Source of the DNA: Azolla caroliniana
Taxonomy: Eukaryota > Plantae > Polypodiophyta
Direction of reading: 5' to 3'
NCBI GenBank assembly: GCA_043228905.1
Contig: JBHGNT010000003.1
Location: forward strand, 24,366,001 to 24,430,000
Length of the DNA: 64,000 nucleotides
Shown here: positions 31,301 to 45,600 of the stretch, in pieces
Layout of the letters: every line of letters starts with the position of its first letter
Numbering within the stretch: position 1 is the stretch's first letter
Program-made: the position numbers and the translations under genes
The notes under the pieces: generated by a model
The model's database searches: none
What the model saw: only the letters and a program-made list of their open reading frames with translations
Told to the model about the DNA's origin: nothing

Positions 31301-34300
31301 AGACTTATAATTGTGAGAACAGCTGAGGAGGTGGACAAGGAACGTAATAGCAGTAGCACTAGTAGTTACAGAAGGGGCTTAGGTGTGCTAGTAATTACAT
31401 TGGCTAGATTAAAAATGAATTAGAAATGCTAATGATGGAGTTCGAGGGGCTAATCGCTGTGATTCTATACAATTATTACAAATTGCAAAAAATGCATAGA
31501 GTAATTTATATATATCGTTTGTTTATTTAAATATTAGATTGATTAGTTTTGTATTTATTGTTAATACTGGTCTTACTTTGATTTAGCAAGTGGTAGCCAA
31601 TAAATACTGAGCACTATATGTTGTAAGCCAATAAAATAAAACAAACCAAAATACTGTTCTCCATGATATAATTTAATCAGATAAAAAAACAATTTCTTTT
31701 GACAATTTTATAAGTAGAGAGCTGATTAATTTATACATTGATGACAGCTCATTTTAAAACATAAACTTCCTGTAGTCCACATGTGTAGTAAGTGTGGGCC
31801 CTTAATACCTATGAGTTATAAGTTATAACCTCCCTCTCCCAAAACAAGTTCTTTCTAGTCAACCTAGTGCCTAGTGGAAACCTCCCCAACTCACTACATG
31901 CTTGTTTGAAGTTCCTTTGTGTCTCATGCGTATATAATGATGATGATTGTGGCCCCCATCGTTTCTGTGTTCGTGTATCCTGTGGTGATCATGGGTTGAG
32001 CCTAACTGTCCTCTGATGTCTGTAACCAACCCCATGTGCACTCGCTCTTGCTAGCCCACCGAAAGTTCACAATTTTGGATTATTGCTCCGTATGCGCGCT
32101 TTTCGTAACGCGCTAATGCCCCAAGTTACTAGGTACTTCTTCAGTGTATCGCTGTCATTCATCCACAGCCTTTGACATTTATGTTCCTCCTCCATGTTCT
32201 AAGATCGTGCTTCTAATATCCATTTTTGGTCGTTTTGCTTTCCCATCTGACCCTCACATTCTTGGAATTTCTGATTTGCACTAACCTATTACTTTAACGA
32301 TCTTGTTGTCCAGTATGGATAATAAAAAGTCTCACCCCCTTTCAACATCTTTTATTCTAATTAATATTAAAACTTGACCCCCTATCGCCAAGCCCATTTG
32401 TAACATTCTCTTTTTGCTAACATTCTATTTGTCTATAGCATAACAATGTTTGTTTGGCACATTATGATATTTAAACAATGCATTTTCTACAAGTTTATAA
32501 AACCATTGTTTTTATGTGAATTAAGAACAACAAAACAGGGACTTGTTGATTCCACATGGTTGGAATTTTATTTGATTTTAATGTCATTTTGATCAATGAC
32601 TATACATACATATATTGATTTCAATGACAATAGCAAAATTTGTTTTTATATCGATTTGCAAAACATATAAGAAGAAAAACCCCACACCATCAACATTCAA
32701 GTCCCTTTACCAACTTCAACATCAATTTGACGTCAACCTACCCCTACCTAATACTCTCGTTGCTCTCTCTCTCTCTCTCAACATACACACAATCCATGGA
32801 CTATGTTTCCATGATCATTTGTCAAGTTCTCAATTGATTAGCGTGCTCATTTTGGCTTGTATTTAATGCTTTTAGATAGAGTCCACATTTTATGCTCATT
32901 ATATTTTTGTTAACCACCTTCGTATAAGTAGAAAAGTATGTCACATAAAAATCTATGCTATCATCCATAAACTTGAGATGTCTAAAAGTCTTTGAGATCA
33001 TTTAGTGACGTTGAAAACATCACGTTCTTATTTTGTCAAAGGATGACATTAAGATTGAGGCAACTTATAAATGCTTCACACTCTTCCTTTGACATGTTTT
33101 ATGCGTTAGCAATTTGGACAAGGTCCACAACAATTTGACTTTTCACACAAATTAGAAAGACAAAATTTTAAAAACTTCAATTGATTTTAGTGCTCTTCTT
33201 GACTATAAAGGATAATTACATGTTGTTGATGCCTTTTAGAGACTTGTAAAATAACTCCCTCCCACCCACCTAGATCTACCCTTGACAGGTTATTACGTGA
33301 CAAGCGCATAAGGTCCACTCGATCGTGCATGAATATTTAGTTAGCATCCTTAAGTAAACATTGAGTTTCATTGAAACTCTTGAAGTTTTGACATAGATAA
33401 TAAGGCAATAGTGAATTATTTTCTTCTCAAGAGAAACCTTGAATTGAGATAATGCATGAGGATTTACAGTTGTTTCAAATTCTATAGGACAATAAACTTA
33501 TCAAGTTAGTTATTTAATATTTAATTGATTAAGTATTTTGGTGCTATTTGCTACGATTACACACACTTGAGAGGTAGAGTTCATCCTTTATGCATCAACA
33601 TTGAGTCATGGTGAAGTCATCGTGTCTTTTGACTATAATAAGTAGATTTCTCTTGTATGACTTGGTAAGTCTAGAAGAAAACAAGCCTTTGCATATGCAT
33701 TTGTTGTGCCATTATAACCTCAAAATTTTCAAAACCTCATTAGATTTGTGCCCAAAAATAAATGAAATGTATAATATTGTTATCATTATCTCGAATGAGT
33801 ATTCATTCAAGAACAAAAAATGTATCATGTTGAAATGCATTGAGGTTGCATGTATAATAACATTGGAAATTGGCATAACATATGTCATATCCTTTCTAGT
33901 AGAGTTATGAATTCTTGCAAGAATATCACTACATAACCTTGATAATAGTTTTAATAAACTAGTTTGAATTTAATCACAATGATAATTGTTTTGCATGCGT
34001 GCATAAGAGAATCATATCTATTGTTTTTCTAATGTTAACTTGTTTCATCTAAAGTTTTCCGACGTCCTCACAATGATCACGTTGTTAATCATTGTTAATG
34101 ATGATGTGAAAATTACTAATCAGCATTGTACGAGTTCTTGTGCAAATTAATAATATTCATTTGAACACTATGAAAAAAATATGGGATTTTGATGATTAAT
34201 AATATCCAAAACATTCTTCAAAAATGAGTGATGCAAATAGAACATCTATGTGCAAATATATTAAGCAGAGATTTTGATGATTAATAATATCCAAAATATT

Positions 34301-36802
34301 CTTCATAAATGATTGATGCAAATAGAACATTTATGTGTGAATACATTAAGCAAACAAGGCAAGTTATGACTTATTGGTAGAGTGTGGAAATATGTGTTGA
34401 TGTAAGCTAGGTTTATCATGAGTTCATCAATGTAATGCATGTAGTAATTCAAGAAGATTTTGCCATATTCATGCTTATGTTGCAAGCATATGCAAATTAC
34501 TCAAGTTTATCATCTTTGGACTGTGGAAGACTTTGTGTAAATATCATGGATACATCGATAGATGAGATTGCATAGTTGATTGCTTCATAGAGTTTGTGCT
34601 CGCAAACTCATAAAACATTTCCTCACACATATGTTGCAATAGCACACAATATCAAAAGAATCGTTACAATTTACTACAGGTAACTTTGAATCATCGTTGT
34701 ACCATCATTAGTACACAAAAGAATTGTTTATCGCCCACTCGATGAATGTTATAACCTAAACAACACACACTTACACCATCAAAAGTATGTTGATTATGTT
34801 AATTGCAAACACAACCTGTTTTGTCTCATTAGTAATGTCGCCAAACGAATTACCCATTTGAGGGGTTGCACATTCCTCTAGTATTTGGCATTATGCAGTT
34901 TATTAGATTTACCACATGATACACACACACACACACACACATCCAACTTCAAATAAAGATATCGGGATTAATTTCAACATCGTCACTAACCACACAATGT
35001 TTGGATTTTACATAACTTTTGTTTTTTTTTAGGCCTCTCCAATTTGACAAGAGTATATGCATGTGAGCCTTTAGAAATAAGCCAAAGTTTCTTTGTTTTT
35101 CATAAAAAGTTAATAATGAATTTGTCTAGTTGTTTGTTTATCATAAAAGTTTATTCCATTCAATAGGAAATTCAGGTTGATGTTAACCATTATTTGCACA
35201 TTTTGAAGATCTTTGTTGTATTGTGTAGATGTCTTGTGGTAGATCAAGCAGAGGGTTGAGCACTTGATTTCTTTGTCTTTTGAAGTAAGTGGCACAAGGA
35301 CCTTAACTTACAAATCGTGTTAGGGTAAAATTGCATTACTACCTACTGTTTAACATCACTTTGGATTTGCTCTTTCATGAGGGTGGATATGGAGGTTATA
35401 GCTAGCATTCTCGTGATTTTACATCTATATGTCCGAATTTACCACATCAAAACACACATATAAACAATTTTCTCCCTTTTCAAGTTTAAAAAGAAGTGCC
35501 GCAACTTTTGGATTCCATGTGTCAATCACAATTCATGGAAGAACGAGTACATTTGTGTTCCACAATAAACAAAAGTGATATATATATATTCTTTTTTGGA
35601 CATGGGTAGACATACAATTATGTTAAGAGTAGTTGCTACGTTAGGCAATAAATGTTTTCATAAATGAGGAAATTCCAAAACCTCGATTCAAAAAAGACAC
35701 TTATGACATATGGGATTTGTGATAATCTTTTTGTGAGGACCCGTGACAATACATGTAACTTTTGTGTTGTTCTATGCATGGGTTGGGGCGGTGTGGTAGA
35801 GTACATTTCACATTCTTTATAGGTTGAAAGCACTTTAGACGAATGCCTCCAATGAGAATAAACACCCTCTCAACCACACAATCACTCACACTACATACAC
35901 ATACGTTTTTTTGGTTATGACCACATCTTAGTAATATATGACAAGTTTTGATAGCAATTATGGAAACAGTAGCAAGTTAGGCAAATTAACACGTTTCAAT
36001 GACTATTAATTCGTAAGTCACTGCCGATTGGAGCGTGGCACTGTGGAATTCTTTGCTATCCTAATTGTGTAGTGTGCCCAATGAAATAGAATCAATCCAA
36101 CATGCTCAATGGGACTGCCTAGAGACCCATTGAATATGGAGGGGGGTTGGTCGAATACTGCAATGTTTAAGGCTCAATGAAGTGAGGAAATGTATGTTGG
36201 TTATCCTAGTAGGCTAGAATGGACAAATACAAACATTGGGAGGAGGGGATGACTGTGGTGATAAAGGCATAGGAGATCTCATTTTCCATTGACGACAATG
36301 TTCAATTTACCCACATCAATGCCAAAGATCAAGTCGAGATGGAATTGGTTAACCCAATAGCACTATGGACTATCTAGAAACAATGTTGTAGACGGGTCTT
36401 CTCCAATCAAACCATTCACCAAGCGACGTTATTGCAAGAGATATGGAGTGAAGCTGTGGCCCACACTAAAGAGCTTAATACGATGGCATCACAAGCTAGG
36501 ATCCGAAGGAGAGGAGCCGAAAGACAAATGCTTAGCCTTCATCCCGCAATGGTCGTCCTCTCCTTTTTTTGAATCAATGGGCCTTCCACATAAGATGGAA
36601 CTATCGAGCCCCTTCTGTGGTTTGTATATAACATTCACACAACTGTAAAATTGTATACCTAATGGAAGGAGTTTTTTTGTTTGGGAAAAAAAAAATGAAA
36701 ACATTGAAAGGAGAGAGGGGTAATTTGGCATTTAAAATAAAATCACACAAACAAAAACAGGTAATCTGTAACAAAACAAAAGCTTCTCTCGCTTATCAGG
36801 CT

Positions 36803-39800
36803 ATGGCGAGCAGCAGCAGCAGAAACAACGACGACGACGACGCCGAGAAGAAGAAGAACAACTTTAAGAACAGCATTGGCGGAATCATTGTTGCAGCTTC
36901 AGTTCTCGCATGGAGCCTCTGCAGACGAAGAAACTGCAGACGAGAAGAAGACGCGCTGCTTCAAGCCTTCTTCACCGATGTCCACCCTTCATATACTCCT
37001 TCAGTTCTTCAACAATATCATGTAAGTCTTCCTTCCTCTTCCTTTTTAACGTCCATTGTTCCTTCTTGTTGTTCATTCCTCTCTGTCTGTGTTCGTATTC
37101 ATATTCGTGGTTGTGTTCCTTTCGTATATAAACGAATATGTGTATGATCCACTTAGGGGTATACATATGCCCTACCTTTCGTATATGAATGAATATGTGT
37201 ATGCTCCACATACATAAATGCTCAACTTATAGCTTTATTCTTGATTAAAACTTTTAACACAAAACATTGCATTCTAAATCACCACGCTGAAACATTGCCT
37301 TTATGCTAATATACAATGCTTTTTAAAACATCCCATGATTAACACATTATTTCTTGTAGATTTCACAGCGTTAAAACTGATAGGTTTTTAGTTTTAGTTT
37401 TAAACAAACAAACAAACAAACAAACTACTAATCCCTTTCTTTGGAGTAGGCCTCCCAGCTGTGGTATTGGGTCCAATATGAAGAACTTTTGTGTATATGA
37501 GTCCAATACGAAGAGCTTTTGTATATATACACGTAGAACTTTGCATTGCAAGGTTTCTAATTTGAAGAGCATTTGTACACACCTAGCACTTCAAGGATGG
37601 TTCCATGATGCAAATAACTAAGCCTGGGATATTTCCATTCTACCTCAAAAAACTGTTTTTTGATTATGTTTCTTTCTCAAAATAACGATTGACAGGAAAG
37701 CGCAAGCAAATCAAATTGTTTTTTCCTTTTCCCTTACCATTTATTAATATGGGAATGTGAGGGAAAGATTGTCAAAATACCGACTGATTGACAGGAAAGC
37801 ACAAGGAAATCAGTTTGTCTTCCTGTTTCTTACCATTTATTAATATGGGAATGCAAATATAAAAACTCCCTAGAACTCCTAGGAGCATACCAATTCAACA
37901 AATTGAAATCACATGTCAAATGCCAAATATTACATAACCGTCATGGTGGAATCACATAACAATCAAGTTGTACATTGAACTTGGCTTTACAAGTGAAAAC
38001 ATGTTATCACCAAAAGTGGAAGAGAAAAATGATTGACACTGGTAGATGTATGAAGCACGTCGATTCAATGTAAATATTTTTTTGAAATTACATCCAATCA
38101 GACCACACTCTATCTTAGTATTCTTCCTTGAGCTTGGAGATTGCTTTTCTTCTCCCTCTGTTGTCTGTTCTACTTCCACGAACACCCTACAACTATGCAG
38201 TCCAAAGAAAGATGAAGGAAGATTAGCTGTGCATTCGAGCAACGCCTCAGATCAATGGAGAAGAGAATCCTGTGATACTTTAAATCAGAGGACAATTTTT
38301 TTTGGTGTGGGTCAGAGATCAAGCCTATCTCTAGCTTCTTCCTTCACGCTCTATATCTCTATCTCTCACTCTCTAATGACCTATTACGAATAAGTAAGAA
38401 TAGATGAATGCTAAAATTGCAAAAATAGTCCCCTACTTTTTACTTACTCGTTTGAGAGTTGTGGGGTCCACTTGAGTGGAAACCCTCACAATTCTCCTAC
38501 TCCATCTCAAGTGGAGGGGCACAACCAAACTTGCTTTCTACCCAAACTTTGGCAAAATACTTTGTCATCATGTTGCAACCATTCTCTGTTGGAAACTAGA
38601 GCTTGATAGATTGAATGTGTGATAAATGGAACACGTAGATTGAAGCTACATATGAAAGAGAGAGATTGGTAGAGGCAATAGATGGGGGTGACGACATCTG
38701 CAATATAAGAGAGTCAAAAGTTAAGATTAAAGGTATCCCAATCTATTAGTGGAGAAACTTTTTATACATGTGTTGTGGCAGTTGCATGATTGTGACATAG
38801 CATTCCAACTTTAGCAACTTATTTTTTCTCTAAGTTGCACAATTTTGCAACGTGCTAGAATTTGCACATTCTATGTACATACATTTCCTAAGTATTATAC
38901 CTATGTACATCATACCATTCTCTAACATTCCCCCCTTGAAATGTAGAGAATGAATGTTCATACTGTTATTATTCACCAAATGGTTGGAAAAAAGTAATGA
39001 CCTGAGGTTTTCAAATTTTTCACAAGCTAATGCCTTGGTTAAAATATCTGCAACATTCTTTTGAGATGTAATATATACAAGACTTATTTCTCTAGCTTGT
39101 ATTCTTTCTCCAACATAATGATATTGAAAATCAATATGTTTGGTTCTATCATGAAAGATTGGATTTTTTGGAACGGTAATTGCACTTTGACTATTTGAAA
39201 AAATAAGGATAGAATCTATAACCTGTAGACATAAATACATCCACATATTCTTTTAGCCAAATACATTCTATTGTAGTAGAGAAAAATGTTCTATATTTAG
39301 CTCACATGATTATGTAGCAATTGATGGTTGTTTTTTAGTCAACCATGATAGCCATGATTAAACAGAATCCACTTGAAGTGTGATCAGTGTCTTATCACCA
39401 GCCCAATCTGAACATGAAAAAACTGTTAACTTCAAATAATTTCCTTTAGGAAAGTAAATCGCATAATTAACTGTGCCACTTAAATATAAAATTTTTCGTT
39501 TGACAGCTATCCAGTGAGATATACTTGCATAAATTGACTTACCTGTGAAACTGCATTTTGTATTAACTGTGATGTGTTACGTAAATAAATCAGGCATCCT
39601 ACTGTTAGATGATACTAATTTATTCATCAAATTTTCTTATATTAATATCATTTGATAATTTCAAATTTATTTCCATAGGCGTGGCCATTGGTTTGCATTC
39701 TTTCATATTGAATCTGTCAAGCAATTTCAAAGTATATTTTGGCTGTGACATTACAATAAACTCATCTTTTTGATGAAATTGAATACCTAAGTAGTAATGT

Positions 39801-42558
39801 AGTACTCCAATGTCAGTCATAGCATATGAACTCCTCAATCCTTGAAATGTGTAATTTTCTGATCATCACAGACCTGTTATTAGCATATCAACATAAATAG
39901 CTAAAACCGAAAATTCTCTTTTTCGCTCTAACATAAGAGTGTAGGAGCATAATGACGATTCTAAAATCCATGACTCACTAGATGCATTTATATTTTCTCA
40001 TACCCTAAACCCTAATTACTTCAGGTCTTTACTCAATTTACAATAATTTGTGTATTAACAATGTGGACATTTATTGTTATACATCTCAGGAAGGAATGTT
40101 AGAGAAGTTATGTACATGAATGTAAATACCTTAGGAAATGTATGTACATAGAATGTGCAACTTAGAGTCTAGCAACTTGCTTTTTCTCTAAGTTGCACAA
40201 GTTTGCAATGTGCTATGATTTTACACATTCTATGCACATACATTTCCTAAGGTATTACATCCACGTACAAACCATTCTCATGAGTATGAACCTTTGCAAT
40301 GTGCATGTGCGTTTCTTCAAACACGTCCTAAATATAATGGTATCTCAAATCAATGTGTTTAGACTTGGCATGGAAGGAAAAGTTCTTGCATAAATGTACA
40401 ATACCCTTATTATCAAAATGTTGATTATACCTTTCTTGCAACTAGCCCACCTCATGTATAAAACTTCTTCAACCACAACACATTTTTACAAGCTTGTCGC
40501 AACAGTGTACTCTGCCTTTGTTGTGGATAATACCAAGCATTTTTGAAGTCTCGATTGCTAAGAGATAGCTCCTGCAAAGATCAGTAAATACCCGGATGTT
40601 GACTTCCTATAGTCAATGTCAGTGACCACGTTTGCATCTGTGTACAAATCTAACACTGTTTGGCTATCACCAAAATTTAGACAAACTCTAGAAGTGTCTC
40701 TCAGATATCGTAAAATCCATTTCACTTCTTCCCAACAATCTCTACTAGGATTAGAGAGAAATCAATCGACGACACAAACTGCGTGAGCAATGCATGTCTC
40801 ATGCATACCTTAACATACGTCAAACCACCAATTGTAAAATCATATGGTGCCTTCTTCATTTCTTCTTGGTGTTTCTCATTTGTAGGGCACTATTCAGAAC
40901 TGAGTTTAAAGTGATCTACGAGAGGAGTGCTGATTGCCTCACACTTACCCTGTTGAATCTCTCAAGAACTTTTTCAATGCAATTGTCTTGAGGTAGCCAG
41001 ATTATTCAGTCCAACCTTGGTTATCTTTATTCTCAAGATTTGCTTACTCGGTCCCAAGTCCTTCATAGCAAAAGGCATGCCAAGCCTCCCATCAATTTCT
41101 TGAACTTATTGGTATCTTGACCAACAATCAACATTTCATCTACATACAAGAGTAGAACGATGAGTCCACCATGAGAGAATTTCTTGAAGAATACACTATG
41201 GTTTGAGCAAGTCCTTATGTACTTGTGGTCTAAAATGAACAAGTGAAATTTCTTGTGCCAATGTTTGGAAGCTTGTTTTAGAACGTACAAGCTCCTATTT
41301 AATTTGCACATTAGGTTTTCTTTTCCTTCAGGTTGTTCAATGTAATTTTCTTCTTTCAATTCACCATGAAGGAAGGTAATTTTCACATCAAGTTCAATTT
41401 CTAGATTTAAACCGAATGCAATACCAAGCAGAAGTATGATTGAAGAAATCTTGATCACTACGAATGTAATACACCCTTTTTTGATTGAACCCTTTTACAA
41501 TCAGTTTTACCTTGTATCTTGGTTTGAGAAATGTTCCTCAATCTCGAGCCAATAAACCCATTTGTTTTTCTACCCTCTTGCCCTTACACAACTTTACCAA
41601 GTCGTAGATGATATTCTCTTGGAAAGACTTCATATCGTCAATCATAACTTCAAATCATTTCTCGCTTTGATCATCTGCCATATCTTCTTTGATGCTCTAT
41701 GTCTCTCTCATGTATGTGAGCATCACATATTCATATGGACTATATCTAGTAGTAGGTTTGTCTTTATTTAGCAAAGGACAAAAGGCGTACCTTCCTCTTG
41801 TGTTAGAATTAGAGGAGTATCATCAATTTGTGCAGTTTAAATTTGATGATAATAAATTGTTTTTTGTTGACCGTTGGGTCATTACAAGGAGTGCGAGCGA
41901 TTTAACAATAGGGTAGATAATGTAAGAGGAAGAAAAGAGATGAAAAGATTATGACCACAAAGGATGAGAGTGAGAGTGAGAGTGAGTAGAGAGATAGAGA
42001 TAGATTCTATTATCGTCTTTGGAGGACAAATATGATCTATGAGACCAAAAATGTTACATTTCAAGTGATACATGTGTGAGTTAGTAACGACTCTTGATGT
42101 TCAAGAACTTTACCAATGAATGTTGCAATTGAGAGTGTACATTGTGGTTGTGAGAGAAATTCGTGCAAGGATTGGGCTTGGTTGAAGATGTGTGGAAAGC
42201 ATGGTCGAAGATGATCAAAGGCAAAGCATTGTATCAAAGTGTGATACTTGACTCTCAAACTTGTTTAGGGCAAAGTGTGGATAATTGACCACTCTCATCA
42301 CTTGTGCCTCAATGCCCTGTCTCACATTGCAATGCATGTGAGCTAAGTCGCATTAAAGTAATGGTTCAAATGGCAAATAACGGGATGGTCTCTAACATGT
42401 ATCTATGTGTACGGTTTCCTTGTTCCACGAAGAATATGGTTTTGTAGTTAGGTGCAACATGTGTAATATAATGTATGAAGCGTGAGCCTCCACATTTATC
42501 CCATGTCATGATACATTGGTATTGCAAAAGGTCTTTCCTCTTAATGAAATTTTCTTGA

Positions 42559-42603
<45 letters not shown>

Positions 42604-45600
42604 CACACTCTTACCTTTGTGCTCATAATCTCTTCATCTCTTTTCTTCCTCTTACATTATTTACCCTATTGTTAAGTCGCTTGCACTCTTTGTAACGATC
42701 CAACAGTCAACAAAAACCAATGGTAAAGATGTCTTCAATAAGCGTTGTGCATAAGATTGCAACTAGTTTGAATTTGGAGATTCAAGAACTTGATGTGAAG
42801 ACTACCTTCACAATGATTTGGTAGAAGAAATTTACTTGGTGCCCTAAGGGTTTTTAGAATCGAAGGGAAAGAAAACCTAGTGTGCATGTTAAAGAAGAGT
42901 TTATGGGTTTGAAACAATCTCCCTAATGTTGGTACAAGAAATTTGTCTTCTTCATGTTAGACCACAAGTATAATAAGACTAACTCAGATCATTGTGGCGA
43001 ATTCATCATTGTTGGTCAAGATATCAACAAGATTAGGAAATTGAAGAGAAAACTTGGCAAGCCTTTTGCTATGAAGGACTTGAAATTGGATTATCAAATC
43101 CTTAGAATGAAGATAACTAGGGATAGAGAAAGCAAGAAACTTTGGCTACCTCAAGACAAATATAGAAAAAGGCCTTGAGAGATTCAACATGGGTAAAAGT
43201 GTAAAGCGTTCAATACTCCACTTAGTTCCAAATTGTGCCCTACAAATGAGAAAGAGCAAGAACAATGAAGACGTACCATATACTTCTGTAGTTAGCAGTT
43301 TGACATATGCTTGAATTGCATATTCCTCATGCATTTGGTTTGTTCACCTCTCTAATCATGGTAGAGATGATTGAGAAGCAATGCACTGGATTTTGCAATA
43401 TCTGAGAGTTTGCTTGAAATTTTGTAATAACCAATTTATGTTAGATGAGTACAAAGATGTAGACATGGCAGGTGACATTTACTCTAGGAAGCCACATCTT
43501 TGTATTTGATGATCCTTGCAAGGGGGGAGCTATCTTGTGACAGTCAAGACTTAAAAAATGCAAGGCATTATCCACAATAGAGGCAGAGTACATTATTATG
43601 ACAAAAGCCTGTAAAGAGTTGTGGTTAAAGAACTTTCTATATGAGTTGGGTTTGATGCAAGAAAAGTATAATCGGCATTATGATAGAGTGCTAAACATTG
43701 TATAGAACAAATTTATGGAGAACCAAACCTAGATTATGTATACCTCAATTGTTGTCACATTTTATGCCCTTTGGATGGCTTTTCTACATGATGGGCGAGT
43801 TGCTTAAATTGCATAAATGTTAGTCAACTAGTGAACGCTCACTATCATCCTAGTTTAGTGCTATGATTACTTAAAGCTGTTGACACCTATTTTACACCTT
43901 ACTTTATTATACACTATGGCTTTTTGGACCACCAGCACTGACCACAGATTTCGTGAATGAAGCTAGGGGACGAGAGATCAGAAATAGATGGGGTAACATC
44001 GTTCTCTTAACATTGTCTAACATTTGTGGACAGTTGGTGAGGTTTTTGGTAGCACGATGAAAAATGAAAAATATAGCATTTCGAATTTATATTGGAAAGA
44101 TTAAAATTCAGAAATCGATAAAGAGATAAAGAAGAGTGGAATTGCTAAATGTTAAATAAATAATGTTAGAATGCTTCACTTGAGAAGACTTGAGAGTTAA
44201 CATTTGAAGCTCAGGTGCATCCACCATAAAATTACTACCATGACACTACTTGATGGATCTTTTTCTTGTTGATGTGATCCATAGCTATAAGCCCAGTTGT
44301 TGATGGATGTGAACCAAACTATTTATAAAAAAGTAAAAACCAAACCATTGAAAGAAAAGGTAAACCAAACCACTTAAATGAACCGTTTAGGGAAAAGTTG
44401 AAACCAAACTGAACCATTTAATCACAAATTTAAACCTTATAATTTAAGTCAAATTAATTAAAAATTGGAGAAAAAGTAAAAAAAAAATAAAATATTAATT
44501 AATAAATAAAAATGCATAAATAAATAAAAATTAATTAAAAATTAATTAAGTCAAATTAATTAAAAAATTAAATAAATAAAAATACATTATAAATAAGTAT
44601 TTAAGTCAAATGAATTTAAAAATTAAATAAATAAGCATTTAAGTCAAACTAATTAAAAAATGAAATAAATAAAACTATATTAAATTAAAAAACTGTAAAA
44701 ATAAATAAGAATTTAAGTTAAATTAATTAAATCAATAAAGAAAACATTAACTAAACCATTAAGGAAAATGAAAAAACTTAACCAAAACCAATAAACCATT
44801 ATATCAAACCACTTAAATCGATAAACTCGAGTTTTAGAACCAAATGAACTAAAATCAAACCGTTTAATAATAATTAAACTAAACCAAATTGTTTAATTAT
44901 ATTGGAACCGACAAACCATTAAACCATGGCTTAAATGGTTTGGGCCCATAGCTAGTGATCTAATCCATAAATTCATAGAGCAAGCTAAATGTTGAACCTT
45001 CTCTATCAGTTAGATGTAGAATAGAATACCTTTTGTTGCGTAATGTTTGTAATGTCTTAGTATTCTATACTCGCGATATTATATGGTTATGCTTGTAACA
45101 CCCCATTTGTCTCAAAGTTTCCAATAATGAACCTTTATCAAAGCCGGGTCATAGCAGGTTTCATGATCTCTAACCTTGATCCAAGCTGGGCTGTAGCATA
45201 CTTGTGACTTGTGGAAATAGAATCACAAATTTCTCACTTGTAATAATGGCCTTTTGGATCCAAGGGATTTTTCCACATATTTTAACATAAGTTCAAGCTA
45301 TGCGATGCACAAGGAGTTCATAATATGGACTTAAGCTTCTTCTTTGTTATGCTCCCCATAGAAACACAATTCGGTCCATTATAAGTTATCACATGCATTG
45401 CCTTTTGTGAACCAATTTCCTCAGAACTTATCTTTTTCAACAATAACTCTCCTAGAACAATCGTTAGATATAAGCAATGATCAACCCCAAGTTATCAGTT
45501 TATCCCCACATATATTGTTAGAGTGAACATTTAGTGATAGCACCCCAACTAAGGAGTAGCTATCGGTCAACCCGACCATATGAGTTGATGAGTTTTCAAT

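Noticed and set aside
33500-34900. Possible decayed DNA-transposon coding remnants (also 50900-51700)
   Set aside because: I could not read any diagnostic transposase motif, TIR or TSD.
36662-36802. Upstream in-frame ATG extending LysM exon 1
   Set aside because: The extension is A-rich, looks like promoter or UTR sequence and is not protein-like. ATG 36803 has a strong context (gctATGGCG).
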